This document shows positions 14,930 to 27,879 of a stretch of DNA of 64,000 nt, piece after piece; the first letter of the stretch is position 1, and each line of letters opens with the position of its first letter. A program made the translations under genes and the position numbers. The DNA is from Camelus dromedarius (lineage: Eukaryota), in contig NC_087455.1 in NCBI RefSeq assembly GCF_036321535.1, forward strand, positions 930,001 through 994,000, read 5' to 3'. The notes beneath the pieces are model-generated. The model saw only the letters and a program-made list of their open reading frames with translations. It made no database searches and was not told the origin of the DNA.

Positions 14930-15660
14930 AAGTTACGTTTCAGAAAGATCCCCCCGCGGTGAACAAAATCAGAAGGCGGCAAGGCGGGGCGGAGCGGGGC
15001 GGGGCGGGGGGAAGACAGGGAGGTGACCACTGCCCACCGACAGTCGAGCGGAGAGAGGAAGGGGGCCGGGCAGAGGCGGGGACGGCGGAAAGGGAGAGGC
15101 GGGAATGACCGAAGACGCCAATGGACTTGAAGCGCAGGCAAGGCGAGAGACGCGGCTCCCCCAGAGGAGGAGCCGTGAACCGGGGCGCGGAGATGGGGTG
15201 CCTTAGAGACTAAGCCGGCAGCTGGACCCACACCCGGATCCTTCCGGAGCGCCCGGCGGAGTCACAGACGCGGAAGCAGCCTACGGCCACGGACGGGTCG
15301 CCCGGGGAGGGCGCCGCCGGAGAGCGCGCGGGCGGACGAGCCGAGGCGCGGAGGGCGCGCTGGGGCAGCCGGGGCCGCGGGCGCACTGCTGACCGGCGGG
15401 CGGACCCCGCAGGGCCGCGGAGAGCCGGGGGTGGGGGGTGGGGGGCGGGCGCAGCCGGCCGAGCCCCGCGCTCGCGGCCCCTCCCCCCGCTCGCGGCCCC
15501 TCCCCCCGCTCGCGGCCCCTCCCCCCGCTGCTCCCGCCTCCCACTTCCGCTGACTTCCCAGCGGAAGTGCTCTTCCCGGAAGCGGCCCTCCCGCCCCTCC
15601 AGGCATTCGTCTTCCTGGTGCGCGCGAGTTCCGCCCACCTTCCCGGCCCCCGGAAGTGAT
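14930..15660. promoter_or_regulatory. Orphan CpG-island promoter with clustered ETS/GABP sites
   Basis: Very CpG-dense; CACTTCCG at 15542, GCGGAAGTG at 15561, CCGGAAG at ~15576, CCGGAAGTG at 15650. No coding exon found linked to it. Confidence 0.75.
15470..15526. repeat. 3 x 19-bp perfect tandem repeat (GCTCGCGGCCCCTCCCCCC)
   Basis: Units start at 15470, 15489 and 15508. Confidence 0.9.
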
Positions 15661-17760
15661 GAAAATGTATCAAAATTTAGGGAATGCGGCTAAAGCAGTG
15701 TTTAGAGGAAAATTGCTGGCTTTAAACGTTTAAGTCAGAAAAGATGAAAGGTCTGAAAACTAAAGCCCTAAGCTTCCACTTTCAAAAGCTAGAGAAGAGA
15801 AGGGAAAATTAGCTCAAAGGAGAAGGAAAGAAAGAAAATGATTCTACTTTCATGAAATAGACAAGAGACAATAGAGAAGATCAAGAAAAACCAAAGCTGC
15901 TGCTTTGAAAGGACTAAGGACGTGGGTAACGCTCTAGCTAGACTGATCAGAAAAACACAAGACACAGTCTCCACCAGGGAAAGAGGGGACATCATTTCAA
16001 GTATAATTAGTTAAGTAAAATGGAATGCACAAAAACAATGAAAAAAACTTTAACAACTTTATGCCAACTTTATGCAATTGTATTAGATGAAATAAGTAAT
16101 TCCTCGAAAGATACAAGTTACCAAAATTGGCACAAGACGAAATAGAAAAATCTGAGTAAGTGCTGTATCTGTTAGAGAAATTGAATTTGTAATTTTCCCA
16201 CAAAGAACTCCCCAGGATTTCACTGGTGAAAGCTATCAAACACCTAGGGAAGAAATATTATTATGCAAACAACTTCAGAAAATAGATGTGGGGAGACTAA
16301 TTCACAACTGAGAGCAATGTTACGCTGGTATCAAGACAAGGACGTCCTTTCACCGCCTCTACTGAAAACTGTACAGAACGCCCTAGCAGTGCAATAAAAC
16401 AAAAAAAAAAAAAAAAGGAACAAAGTCTATATAAACTGGAAAGGGAGAGGTAACATTCTTTGATTATCTACACAGAAAATGCTGAAGAATCTAGAAAAAA
16501 GCTATTGGAACCAATAAATGAATTTATCTAGGTTGCAGGATATGAGGTCAATTACAAAAGTCAAATCAATTTCTACACACTGGCAATGTCAATGGGAAAA
16601 AGGCTTTTTAAAAAACCAAGCTAGAACTCAAAAAGCATAAACTATTTTAAAAATTGGGGGCGGGGGGGCGGTGAGGGTGTAGCTCAGTGGTAGAGCACAT
16701 GCCTAGCATGCACAAGGTCCTGGGTTCAATCCTCAATACCTCCATCAAGAAATAAAAAAAAAAAAAAAAACTTAATTATCCCACCCAATTTTTTTTTTTT
16801 TTTGGTAAATTGGACCTTTAAATTTTTTTAAGTTAAATCTGAAGAAAATTGAAAGGTAAGCCAAAGACTAAAAAATACTCATCACAAATATGTATTTGGA
16901 AGAGATTTTGACCCAAAATAGAAAAGACTCTTACAAGTAAATAGCAAGACAAACAGCCCAACTTTAAAGTGGGCAAAAGATGTGAACAGACACATCACAA
17001 AAGGTGAGACAGACTGGCAGCACGCACATGGAGAGATGCTCACCATCACGGAGCAGGCGAACACAAACCAGAAGCATAAAGGTGTCACCTACGCCACTAG
17101 GTTTCAGAAGAGGGCTAATACCAAGTGTTGATAAGGACGTGGGCCACTGGAGCCCTGACAGTGGCAGAGGGTACAATGGCACAATCACTATAGAGAACTT
17201 CTGGGCTATTCCTTATAAAGTTAAAATTCATGTATCTCATAATCCAGCAATTAAATTCCTAGGCACTTACCCAAGAGAAATAAAGAGGCATGTCCAAATA
17301 AAACACTTTTACACAAATGCTCATTGCAGTTTTATTCATAACAGCCAAAACTGGAAACCCAAATTTGCACCAACAGGTGAATAATAAGCACTGTTTACCC
17401 CTACAATGGAACACTACTCACAAAGAGAAAGAGCTACTGAAGCAGAAGTACTCAGCTGAGTCTTCAAAACGTGCCAAAGTGAAAGACGTCAGACACACAG
17501 GATTACATACCATGTGCATCGATTTACGTGAACCCCAGAACAGGCAAAACTAATCCACGCAGACAGAAAGTGGTTACTTGGGGCTAGCGTGGGATTAACC
17601 AGGAAAAGGCAAAAGGGACCATTTCTGGGTGAGAGAACTGTTATTTTTCTTGATTGTGATGGTGGTTACACAAGTACATGGATATGTCAAAATTCCGTAC
17701 ACTTAAAAATAGGTGTTCTACTGTATGGAAACTGGACCTCAACCAAAGTTGGTTAAAATG
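15661..17760 (+). mobile_element. Fragmented old L1 (ORF2 and 3' UTR pieces)
   Basis: Abrupt GC-to-AT switch; L1 ORF2-like text (caaaatttagggaatgcggctaaagcagtg...; gactgggagaaa-like segments; ttaaagtgggcaaaagatgtgaacagacac). Confidence 0.75.
16670..16800 (+). mobile_element. Vic-1-like SINE nested in L1
   Basis: gagggtgtagctcagtggtagagcacatgcctagcatgcacaaggtcctgggttcaatcc followed by poly(A). Confidence 0.85.
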
Positions 17761-19571
17761 GTCTGATAAAATCTGCTTCTATACCACCTGAAACATCTCT
17801 AGTAATGGTGAGTTTCCCAAAGGATGGAGTACTGTATGCTCTTTTTGAATTATTTACCCCCTTAAGGCTTCTGGCATTGTGGGAATTTAAGACTGAAAAT
17901 ACACCCTCATGGGCAAAACATTGCTTTAAATCATTTCAAAACTGGCTGTTTTGTTAAATGTTTAGATAAAAGAAATTCAGAGGCAACAACTTAATAGTTC
18001 TGCTAGACAGTTTGCCGCTGGGTAACAGAACTTGCCTGCTTCTGACAGCCCCTCCTAGAAAGGGACCCGCCACATCTCCCATTCCGCAGGTTCCCGCTCC
18101 AGGATCACTCGCCTCTCTAGCTGACATGTTTGCTTCTCTCTGGAGGCCAGTTCAAGTGTCACCTCTTCTGCAAAGCTGTCCCAGACCCCCACGCCGAGTA
18201 AGTCAGCTCCTTACCTACGCTCCTACACGACAGGGACGCATGTGTACTTCCACTCAGCGTGCAGTTCCCCATCAGGCTCTGGATGACTCGAGGTGGGCAG
18301 TCTTAACTGTTCCCCAGTTTTAGGGCTGGTCCTTGTAGAGCAATACATTTACAAATCAATGCCAAAGCGATCCAGAGAGCAGGGAAAGGGAAAAGAACTG
18401 GAGTCAGTCATGGAACTGCTGAGACAGGAAAAAGTCATGCAGTGCACCAGGACTGTGAGCCCTTGGAATGAATTAGGAAGATGCACACACAACTAAGTGA
18501 AGACAAGGGTCCCCTCAAAAGTGGACAGTCTTGAATAAGCTCTGATAGCAAAAAACACAAGGGGCGCTAGTCTTAACACTGGCCTCACTGAATGAAGTGC
18601 AAGCAAAAGCCAACGGGGCTGAGAGGGAAGTCGTTTCCAGTAGACCAGAAGGCTATAGTGTTACAAAACAGAACAACAAAAAGAACATCCAAACAGGTTT
18701 TTTAAATCAGTACTACAGAGAGGACAAAGCCCAGCACACAGCTCGGGCGCGCTCCTTCTATACCTCACCCTAGACTCCAGCGACACATAAATCCGTCAGA
18801 TATGCTCACTGTTCTCCAGGAATTAACAGTGTAATAATGGAAGAGATGGTACAGAAACACAATGTTGACATATCAAAGGAAGTGCACTAACAGGTGAATG
18901 AACAACAAGCAACAGAAGCAGAGGCGGGGGAGCCGGCTGAGCCCAGCAAGGGGCCTGAGGCGGGTCCTGACGCGTCCGGGGAGCCAGGTGAGCAGAGAGC
19001 GACATCCAAGCGAAGACAAAGGAGGCTGGAGCGGCTTGGCTGAGTGGGGACGTCTGGCAGTTAACAGCCGCGAGTTCACCGGTGGCAGATGGGGCTCCAG
19101 GAAGTGCAGGGAGTTTGGAGTTTATCCCGAGGACAACAGGGAACCAATCCGCAGACTTGGACAAGGAAGTACCTTTCTCCAACTTGCCTTTCTGATAGAC
19201 CAAAATTTGCTAAACAATCTTCTTTTAAACTAATAAGGTGAGATACACACTTCTGAACTTGACTGGAACAGGACTGAGCTCAGGGGCGGTTGTAACGGAG
19301 CAGTAAGATACAAGAACCTTCTCTCCCGGCCCAGCTCCTGCCCCGGCACTGTGCCAGCTCAGCCAATTGTCCAGTCGCATGGCTCCCTGGAGGGCACATG
19401 TTCCCACAGAGGAGGATGGGGGCCAGCACTGCCACAGTGGCTGGCAGGGGTCCACTGCGGAGGCAGCCCCGCCCGTGACGTAGGGAGACGCAGACACATC
19501 CAAACTTGCGTGAACCAGGCCTCTTTGCCATGCGCTTCCAGACCCCAATCGGCAAGGTGGAGGGTCGTCAC

Positions 19572-20981
19572 TTACGAGTCCGTGTGCTCCCCCTGACCTA
19601 CATACTTCTTACCCAAATGTACAGGGGTCTTACTCAAGGGAAGTCCCTCCTGGTGAACATCTTGGTTACTTTTAAAGTTTGGAGCTGAGCTGAACTCTTT
19701 CCCATACTGGCTGCATTCGTAGAGTTTCTCTTCAGTGTGAATCTTCTGGTGCTGAAGGAAGTTTGACCTCTGAATAAAGCCTTTCCCACAATAACTGCAC
19801 ACGTAGGGCTTTTCTCCAGTGTGGACGATCTGATGCAGCAGGAGCTTGGAGCTCTGAATGAACGCCTTCCCGCAGTCCTTGCACTCGAAGGGCCTGTGCC
19901 CCGCGTGGATCTTCTGGTGCTCTGTGAGGTGCGCCTTCTGGAGGAAAGCCTTCCCACACTCCTTGCACTCGTACACGCGCTCCCCGGTGTGGACTTTCTG
20001 GTGTCGGATGAGGTACGAGCTCAGAAAGAAGGCCTTCCCGCACTCACTGCACTGGAAGAGCTTCTGGCCAGTGTGGATGCGCTGGTGCTGGGTGAAGTTG
20101 GACGTCTGGCTGAAGCGCTTCCCGCACTGGCTGCAGACGTACGGCCGCTCCCCAGTGTGGGTGCGCTGGTGCTGAACGAGCTTGGAGCTGCGGATGAAGG
20201 CCTTCCCGCACTCGCTGCACTCGAAGGGCCGCTCCCCGGTGTGAATGCGCTGGTGCTCCACGAGGTCCGAGCGGTGGCGGAAAGCCTTCCCGCACTCCTG
20301 GCACTCGTACTGCCGCACCTCCGTGTGGGTCTGGTAGTGCCGGACCAGGCTGGAGCTGCGGATGAAGGCCTTCCCACACTCGTTGCACTCGTAGGGCCGC
20401 TCGCCTGTGTGAATCCTCTGATGTCGAATGAGCAGCGAGCTCTGGCTGAAGCCCTTCCCGCACTCTTTGCATTCAAAAGGCCTCTCGCGGGTGTGAACCC
20501 GCTGGTGCCGGACCAGGTCTGCGCTGTGACAGAAACCCTTCCCACACTGGGTGCACCTGAACGCCTTTTCTCCCGCGTGCGTTTTCTGGTGCTCCCCAAG
20601 GCCCGCGAGGTGGACGAAGTCCTCCCCACACACGTCGCACACGTAGAGCCTCCCTCCAGTGTGAGCTCGCCGGTGCTCGGCAAGGCGGGCGCTCTGGCCA
20701 AACCCCTCCCCGTGTGTGTCGCACCTGTGCGGGTGGGCCTCCCCTTCTATAAGCTCTCTCTGAAGTATGAGGAGGTTGGAGCTCAGGACCGGGCTCCCCC
20801 CTGACCTACCACCCACCAGGGCTGCTTCTCCTGCTTGGATCTTCCAGTGGGTGACCGTCACTTGCTTGAAACCTGCCTCCTGGGAGGCACAGCTCCGCAG
20901 GCTCTGCCCTTCCAGGTTTCCCAACAGCCCCCTCAACCTGAGTTCGGGGGCCCCCCCAGATGCAGGGGCAGCAAGCTCCAT
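19572..20981 (-). CDS. ZNF623: Zinc finger protein 623, single coding exon, 469 aa, 11 intact C2H2 fingers
   Basis: MELAAP...[11 protein letters not shown]...[10 protein letters not shown] and fingers such as [21 protein letters not shown] and [21 protein letters not shown] match recalled human ZNF623. ATG at 20981; exon acceptor at 21071-21072. Confidence 0.93.
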   Translation of the reverse strand: MELAAPASGGAPELRLRGLLGNLEGQSLRSCASQEAGFKQVTVTHWKIQAGEAALVGGRSGGSPVLSSNLLILQRELIEGEAHPHRCDTHGEGFGQSARLAEHRRAHTGGRLYVCDVCGEDFVHLAGLGEHQKTHAGEKAFRCTQCGKGFCHSADLVRHQRVHTRERPFECKECGKGFSQSSLLIRHQRIHTGERPYECNECGKAFIRSSSLVRHYQTHTEVRQYECQECGKAFRHRSDLVEHQRIHTGERPFECSECGKAFIRSSKLVQHQRTHTGERPYVCSQCGKRFSQTSNFTQHQRIHTGQKLFQCSECGKAFFLSSYLIRHQKVHTGERVYECKECGKAFLQKAHLTEHQKIHAGHRPFECKDCGKAFIQSSKLLLHQIVHTGEKPYVCSYCGKGFIQRSNFLQHQKIHTEEKLYECSQYGKEFSSAPNFKSNQDVHQEGLPLSKTPVHLGKKYVGQGEHTDS

Positions 20982-23900
20982 CACCGTGAGGGCTTCTGAC
21001 GTTGCCGTCTGCAGATTTCCATGCTCAGAAATTCAGAGTCTGGGGTTGCCTTCGAGTCACCTGTCAGAACCTGAAATAAGAGAAAGGTTATCTTTCCCTT
21101 TGTTAACAGATGGGAATCTGCTGGAGCACGTAGGGGATAAAATGCAAATCCAAGGAGTGGGAGAGCAAAGTGTCCCTCTGCCCACACTCCTGACCCAGCA
21201 CAGTGCTCGGCTCACCCTTGGGGCGGTTTCCCTGGGCTCCACCTCTGACCTCAGGGGCCCGACTGGCCAGGGAGCAGAGGGGAAGGAAGTGGCTTGGACT
21301 CCATTCAAAAATCCAGACCTATTTCCAAAGAAACACAAGTTTATCGCTCTCATCACCTGTCCACTGCCCTTCCTGCCTTCAGGTCCTCCATCCCTCCTCG
21401 CAGCATGGTCGGTCTATGGTGTCACACTCACTGCAGGCTACGTATCAGTCGTTCTCCTGCACGTGAGCCCCAGCTCCTCTACCACATGCACGAGAAAACC
21501 GCACCTCGGCCAAAACTCAGCCTGCTTCCTGACCTGGTCTGCATCCTTGCTGGCTGCATTCTCTCCATGTTTACAAGCACTTGCCTAACAGGGCCCTGAG
21601 AGTTGCCCGCAATGTCTACACCTGGGTGAGTCTCCCATAGGGCCGCCTCCTGGTTCTCTCCTCACAAACGTCCAACACTTGCCCTCCCTCTCGGCTGATG
21701 ACCTTGTGTCTCACTTCAGGGAGAAAACAAAAGCAATGAGGTGAGAACGTCCATTTTTCCCACTACGTTTACCAGCCACCTGTTGGTGCCCACGCCGCTC
21801 CCTCCCGCATTACATGGGTCGGTGTCCTTGTTGCAGTCTAAGGGAGACACGTCCCCTTGGGCACTACACCCACCCGTTATCTACTCAGTGACCCCAGACC
21901 TGCTCTGCAGAAGTCTGGAGTTGGAAGGTTCACGGCAGCACCACTGACGACCACCAAAATACCCATCTGCAGAGAAAAGGGTGGCCTGAGGAGTCCTCCG
22001 ACAAGGGAGAAACAAACAGCGGTGAAAAAGAGCGCCCGCAGAAAAGCGCAGGCGAACCTCGCAGATGTAACATCGATTGAGAGTTCATATTGTGTGATTC
22101 CACTTACTCAAAGGTCAAAAACAGACAAAACCAGTCCATGGTAGGGAAGTTGAGGCAGGGATGGTCTCCAGGGAGCTCACGATTGGCAAGGGTGCAGGGA
22201 GGCCTGGGGGTTCTGGGATCTGCACATGGGCATGTTTGCTTTGGAAAAGCCTGGTTACTTAACCTTACATGGTCACCAGGACGTGGCACCCAGTTCCCCT
22301 CTTCAGAGCAATGCTGCCCTCCAGCTCTGGAATTCTCCACTGAGAACCGCCTTCAGGCAGGAACCTGCCAAAGCCATGGCCCCTCCCAGGAAAGGCCTCC
22401 CACTGGAAGCTGCCCGTCACTATGGAGTGATACAGAATTCACGGCAGAAACAGTGTCTATCTGCCACCTCTGTGCTGCAGGTCATAGGTCCAGCTTGGCA
22501 GGACTGGGACCCTTCTGAGTTACACAGCGTGTCAGCCAGGCTGAGGTCTCATCTGGAAGCACTTCCAAACTCAGACCATCAGCAGAATCTGGTTCCCTGC
22601 ACTTGTAGAACTGTCTCAGCTACGTGCTGTGGCTCCCTGGGAAAACCTGTCTTCCTGGCAGAACAGCTCAGAGAATCCCCCCCCCCCCCCCGCCGTGACT
22701 TCTCTGCCACCAGTTGCCGAAAACCTCGTCTTCCCAGGGCTCCTTTTGGCAACTGACCGGGACCTTCACTACATCCCTGAAATCCCAACCTGGTGGCTGG
22801 GAGGTGCTGGACATGAGGGGCCAGGAATCTCAGAGGGCCACCTGAGAACACAGCCTACCACACCCCAGCCAGTGCCCTTGCCTCCACCTGGGGCAACTCA
22901 GAAGGGTCATACTAGCCCCCAAGATCCACTGGGATGTGCCTTGGTCACAATTTTAACCTCACTGCCCAATCCTGCCTGCCTTCCAGGCATGTCACCTGAG
23001 GGCTCTCCCCAGCTGAGTCCACTTCCCACCCGAAATCTGCACCAGCAGGAAGCAAACTGATTGCTGTGCAGCCCCACGAAGGGATGCCATCCAAAACCCA
23101 TTTGCAACGTGGCTGCCAAAGACAAGGATGTGCCTCCGAGGACAGAGTGGGGCAGAGGGCGCAGCCCAGGGAGCAGGTGTAACCAGGCTACACACGCTCT
23201 ACGTCCAGGCCGGGCTTCCTTCCCACATCTTTCCCCTGCCCCTCTGCTACAGCTACATCACATGAACCCCTCTGACAAACGCCTCACATGCACCTATCTA
23301 ACCACCACCATTTCTGTCACCCAAAACGCTCCCCTCCAAGGTTAAGCATCTCTGTTATGATGGTTAAGCATCTCTGTTTTAAGTCTCATTGAAGTGGAGT
23401 CATAACAGCATGTTCTTTTGTGTCTGCTTTTTATTAATCGTGTGCCCACTTTTTATTAAGGTACAATTCACACACCATAAAACTCATCATTTTCAAGTGC
23501 ACAACTCAGAACATCCCTGAGGCCGCAGAACCTTTGCCCCTGTCTAGTTCATCCCAGAGCACTCGGGCCTGCACTGCGCCCACCCCCAGGACGTGCCCGG
23601 GAGCGCCCCTCCCTCCCGCACAGCTTCTCCGTCTGTCCGGACGTGCCACCATGCACAGCCCACTCTTCCACTCACCCGCAGCCGGGCTGCTGGCAGCTCA
23701 GGGTTACGAGCAGAACAGCTGTCAGTGGCCCTGTACTTCTCTTTCAGTCGACGGAGGGCCTCATTTCCACTGGGTCCTGGGAACACTTCAATCAGTGGCC
23801 ACTTGTTCAGACCACCTTTGCAAGTTCTACCCGGAACCATGGCAGCTGTGGACCAGCAACTGCTGTGGGTTTGGGGTTCTCCCCCTTCCTGAGTGCATGC

Positions 23901-25604
23901 GTCCATGTGACCGCCCTGCTCTCTTGCTGGGTGTGGGGGACAGCATTTGGGGAGGCTTGATGTGGGACCAGGTGGCCAGTGGGGTAAACTGCGGCAGAGA
24001 CTGAAGACCGCCCAGCATCCTGCTTCCTTTTAGTGACAGAAATCCCTACAGAAATTTTAGTGTTCACACAGCCACCTGCAAATGACATTTCTTAATGGGC
24101 CCTGAAGTGAGGTGTGACTGATTCCAGCCAAGGACCCAGGAATGGAAGGAGTGTGTGCATGTCCCAGTCCCTCACCCAGCCCACAGTGACAGGTGACAAC
24201 ACAGCATGGCAGGCTCCCAGAGACCTTGAGGGGCGGAGCTGCCCAAGTGCCTGTGAGATGGAACATGAGAAGCCACGTTTCTTGTTGGAAACACCATTTT
24301 CGAATCTGTTACAGCAAAATTAACCCATGCTTAAAAAATGGTAATAGTCCACCTGACTATTCAGATGCAGTTCTCCCCGCGATGAAAAAGCAGCGGAACC
24401 CCGACAGCAAGAAGGGGCATCTGAACAGCAGCAGACGGGAGGCATTTCTCTCCACGGAGACCCGCAGCCCGGCTTCCTGGAGCAGTGGCCCTCCCGGTGT
24501 GCCCTGCGCCACAGCATTTATGACCACTGCCTGGTCGCATGCGCTGAGAATGCTTTTCTGAGTTAGAGGCCCATTAACTTGGTTTAAAATCATTCTCTTG
24601 CTTACAAAAATTACTTTTAACTAGTTTCCCCCCCACCCACCCAGGGTATAAAGGTAAAGTATGCTAGTTGAGAAAAACTTTAAAAATAAAAATTAAATTA
24701 CCTTTAACCCCACCACTCAGATCACTACACTGACATTACTTCTCCTCTGGCCTTTTTTCTGCCCCAATATAGTATGAAGTCAGGACCATGCTACTCAGTC
24801 TCACATCCTGTTTTGCTTTACTTTTCTATCTTGTTAGTTCTCAGCAATTACAAACATAAAATACACATTGTAGAAGTATTTCAAGAGGTAAACAAAACAG
24901 ACAATGATAATCCCCAGCAATTCAACGCAAGACCACTGCCAGCTGTCTAGTTCACACGCACTCACCCAGACCTCTGCTAAAACGACTGTACATTTACTAT
25001 GTACACATGCAGTTTTCAAAAATACAGGCAGGACCCAGTGCACCCATCCCTCTGCAACACTCTCCCCATCTCTAACGCACCCTGGCATTCTTGTGACCAC
25101 CCACACAGACGCACTGGTGCGCCTGGCCTTGAAGCGGCGCTACTGTCAGAGGTCCTCAGGGTCCCTGCTACAGGCCAGGCGCTGGAGGGAGCGCCCATCC
25201 CTGTGCTCTGGTGTCATGAGGAAGGATGTTCCCAATGTATTCATCCCATTTCTCTTCCCCAGAGGTGGAAGGAGTTAGTCAAATCTTCAGGAGCATAACA
25301 AGGCATGCAGCCCGACCTCTCCCACCAGGGTGCATGCTCTGCTCTGCTCCCAAGCCAGCCCAGCCCCACCCCAGGGGAGGGTGCAGCTCCCAGGGCTCCC
25401 GGCAAGCAGGCAGGCAAGTGTGTAACTGGCACTCAGCCTAAGCAGCCCCACGTCACGCCAGCAAATGCTCCGATCAGTAGTAGGGCACATTTTGCCATTC
25501 ACATGCCTCCCTGGTTCAGGCTTGGGAGAGGAGGGGCACTGTTTACAAGGGCCCCTGGCACCCCAGCCAGGTGGGCCGCACAAGTGGCTGGTGTGGTCCC
25601 ATCA

Positions 25605-25745
25605 CACCTTCGAACCTCATGAGGCAGCTATTAGCCCTGTTATTTACTCAATTTTGCAGATGAAGAAAGAGACTGAAAGTCAATAACCCAAGGCCACCAA
25701 GTCAGTCGTGGCAGCGCTCAGGTTCAGACCCAGGTATGTCTGTCC
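25605..25745 (+). mobile_element. MIR SINE fragment
   Basis: aacctcatgaggcagctattagccctg...ttttgcagatgaagaaagagactga...aacccaaggccacc...ggttcagacccagg. Confidence 0.65.
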
Positions 25746-27879
25746 CTTGCCCTTTACCACTATCAAAGATTTTGTTTCCCTTTCCAGGTGTGAACTTTTT
25801 ACACTTTTACAGGATGTTTTGCTTAGATCAGCCAGGACTAGTATTATAAAAGTAAGCTTATATTTTAAACTTTATTTTTCTTAAAAAAGGGGGTTAGGTT
25901 ATTGGTTTGCTTTGGAGGTGATATTTGCTGATTTTTTTCATTTAAAATGACTGTTATACCACCTGAACACAAGCCTGCATCTGTTTACACGAATACAGCT
26001 TTAAAAACGTGTACCTCTTCATGATTTTCATAATTTTTTCCTTAATTTTAGAGGAAGATTTTCAAATCAGATATACCTTGCTTTGAATTAACATTTACTG
26101 GAAAATCAGCAATCTTTCTGTTTCTGCTTAGCTCCTTTATCTTCTGTGGATGCAAGCAAACTTAAATCGATACTCTTTCATTTAAAGAGACCTGAGTGAA
26201 ATGAACAAAAGGAAATAAACACACACCAGATTCTGGTTCCAAAACATGCGAGGCTAACATAGCCCTCCTTTCTGCTGTGACACTAGAACAAGAAATCATC
26301 TAAGTACACAGCTGATGTTGAGAGAGACAGGCGATTCTCAGTGCTGGGGAAAGAGTGGGAGCTTAATCTAGGGGGTGGGGGCCTGTGAGCTGCCCGGAGT
26401 AGCTCTGAGATTGGGGGAGGAGTGGCACGCAGGCACTGGGAGCTGTTTCAGGTCCACATTGGTAAAGAGGTATTATGGCCTTGGGCTGGCAAGTTAGTCA
26501 GTCACTGTCTGCTGCTCACAGCCTAGAGACAGGACACAGGGAGGTTTACAGACCTCCACCCTCGGGAATAATGGGAAAAGAAGGGCAAAAGGGTAACTGA
26601 GTAAGACACAGAGCAGAGCTCCAGGGGACTGCACCTCTGGGCTGCCCTGCGGCCGCCACTGCAGCTCCAGAGGGACGTGAGCACGCAGGTGTGCTCCTCC
26701 TGTTTCCTCGTGGCCTCCTCACAGCGTCCACCAGGTTCAGGGAGGTTCAGGAGCTGCTGGCTGCTCTCTCCTCCTCCCACCCCAGGCCATTTGGCTTCTG
26801 CTCCCAGGGCTCTGACCAAGGACACCAATGGTCTTCTTCTTTCCTGACGAGTTCAGTGTCCTTTCAGCAGTCATCTCCCACAACCCGAGGCAGCACTGGA
26901 CATGCCCAGCAGCTCCTGGTGCTGCTTCTATGGCACCACCCTGTTCTGGGTCAGCTACTTCCCGGAGCGCCCTGCCACCTCTGGCCAAGAACGCTGTCTG
27001 GGCCTTCTCAGCTCGGCCCTCCCTATCACCCCCAAAACCTTTCTAGGGAAGGAGGGAATCCATCACCTTCTCTCCAGGAGAGGCTAGAGTTACGTGGTCA
27101 GGCTTGTGGAAAAAACATCAGCCCTCCCCCACCCCTCGTCTGTATCTTCCATAAGAGGGTTGTTGTCATTAGGGCCATTATTAAGATATCGTTACAAGAT
27201 TACATCTACAACAGGGACAAGAGTCCCACCTCTGGACAGGAGCAAGGTTTATCGCCTGAAGATTCAATGACATTGGCATCTCTCAGATCCTAGGTGGGCA
27301 AAAGACACTTATTTCTATCTTTCATCGGGACTGGACCTCAGGTGAAGTCAGTCATGCTGCAGAGAGCACCGCACGGTGGTCATGAGCTCTACGGACAAAC
27401 TGCCTTAGCTCAAAGCTGGCCTCCAGCTAGCATTCCTGGGAAACCGCAGGCATGCTACTCAGGCCCTGGGGAATCCCATGACCAGGGTGCAGCCACTGTG
27501 TGAGGGGCTAAGACGTCCGGGACATCAGCAGAGATGGCCATTGGGACTGATAGCGACTTCCAATGAAAGAGAGCCGTCAGAGAAGAGCTAGGATAGCGCA
27601 GCCGAATCACCTCTCCCCACCTGGGAATTCTCTTTCAGGCCCAAGCGCCGGAGAGAACTCTGTCCGTGACCTGCACCCCCAGCAGGGGAGAGGTGCCGCG
27701 GCTCTGCGTCTCCTCCAGCACAAAGAGGCTCAAGCATCCCGCCACTTCCCCAGCCTCATCTGGAGAGCTCTCTTGGGCTCCAGAGAGAGGAGGCAGGCTT
27801 AGAACACGACAGCAGTGCCACCCGTACCTGTATCCCGACCCCACCCCAGGCCACCTCAGAGGGGCTAGCGAGCTTGAGA

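Noticed and set aside
19821-20804. 327-aa plus-strand ORF opposite ZNF623 (also 46966-47535 opposite the KZNF)
   Set aside because: C2H2 arrays with GC-rich codons routinely give open antisense frames with 28-aa periodicity.
25750-26260. Strong minus-strand acceptor followed by a Lys-rich stretch, considered as a KRAB-transposase fusion exon
   Set aside because: Stops in all frames, no convincing transposase motif, no upstream KRAB exon on that strand, and out of order with the hAT fragments.
26350-27350. Possible old LTR or retrocopy in the ZNF623 intron
   Set aside because: Vague LTR-like composition but no termini, TSD or recognisable family or protein.
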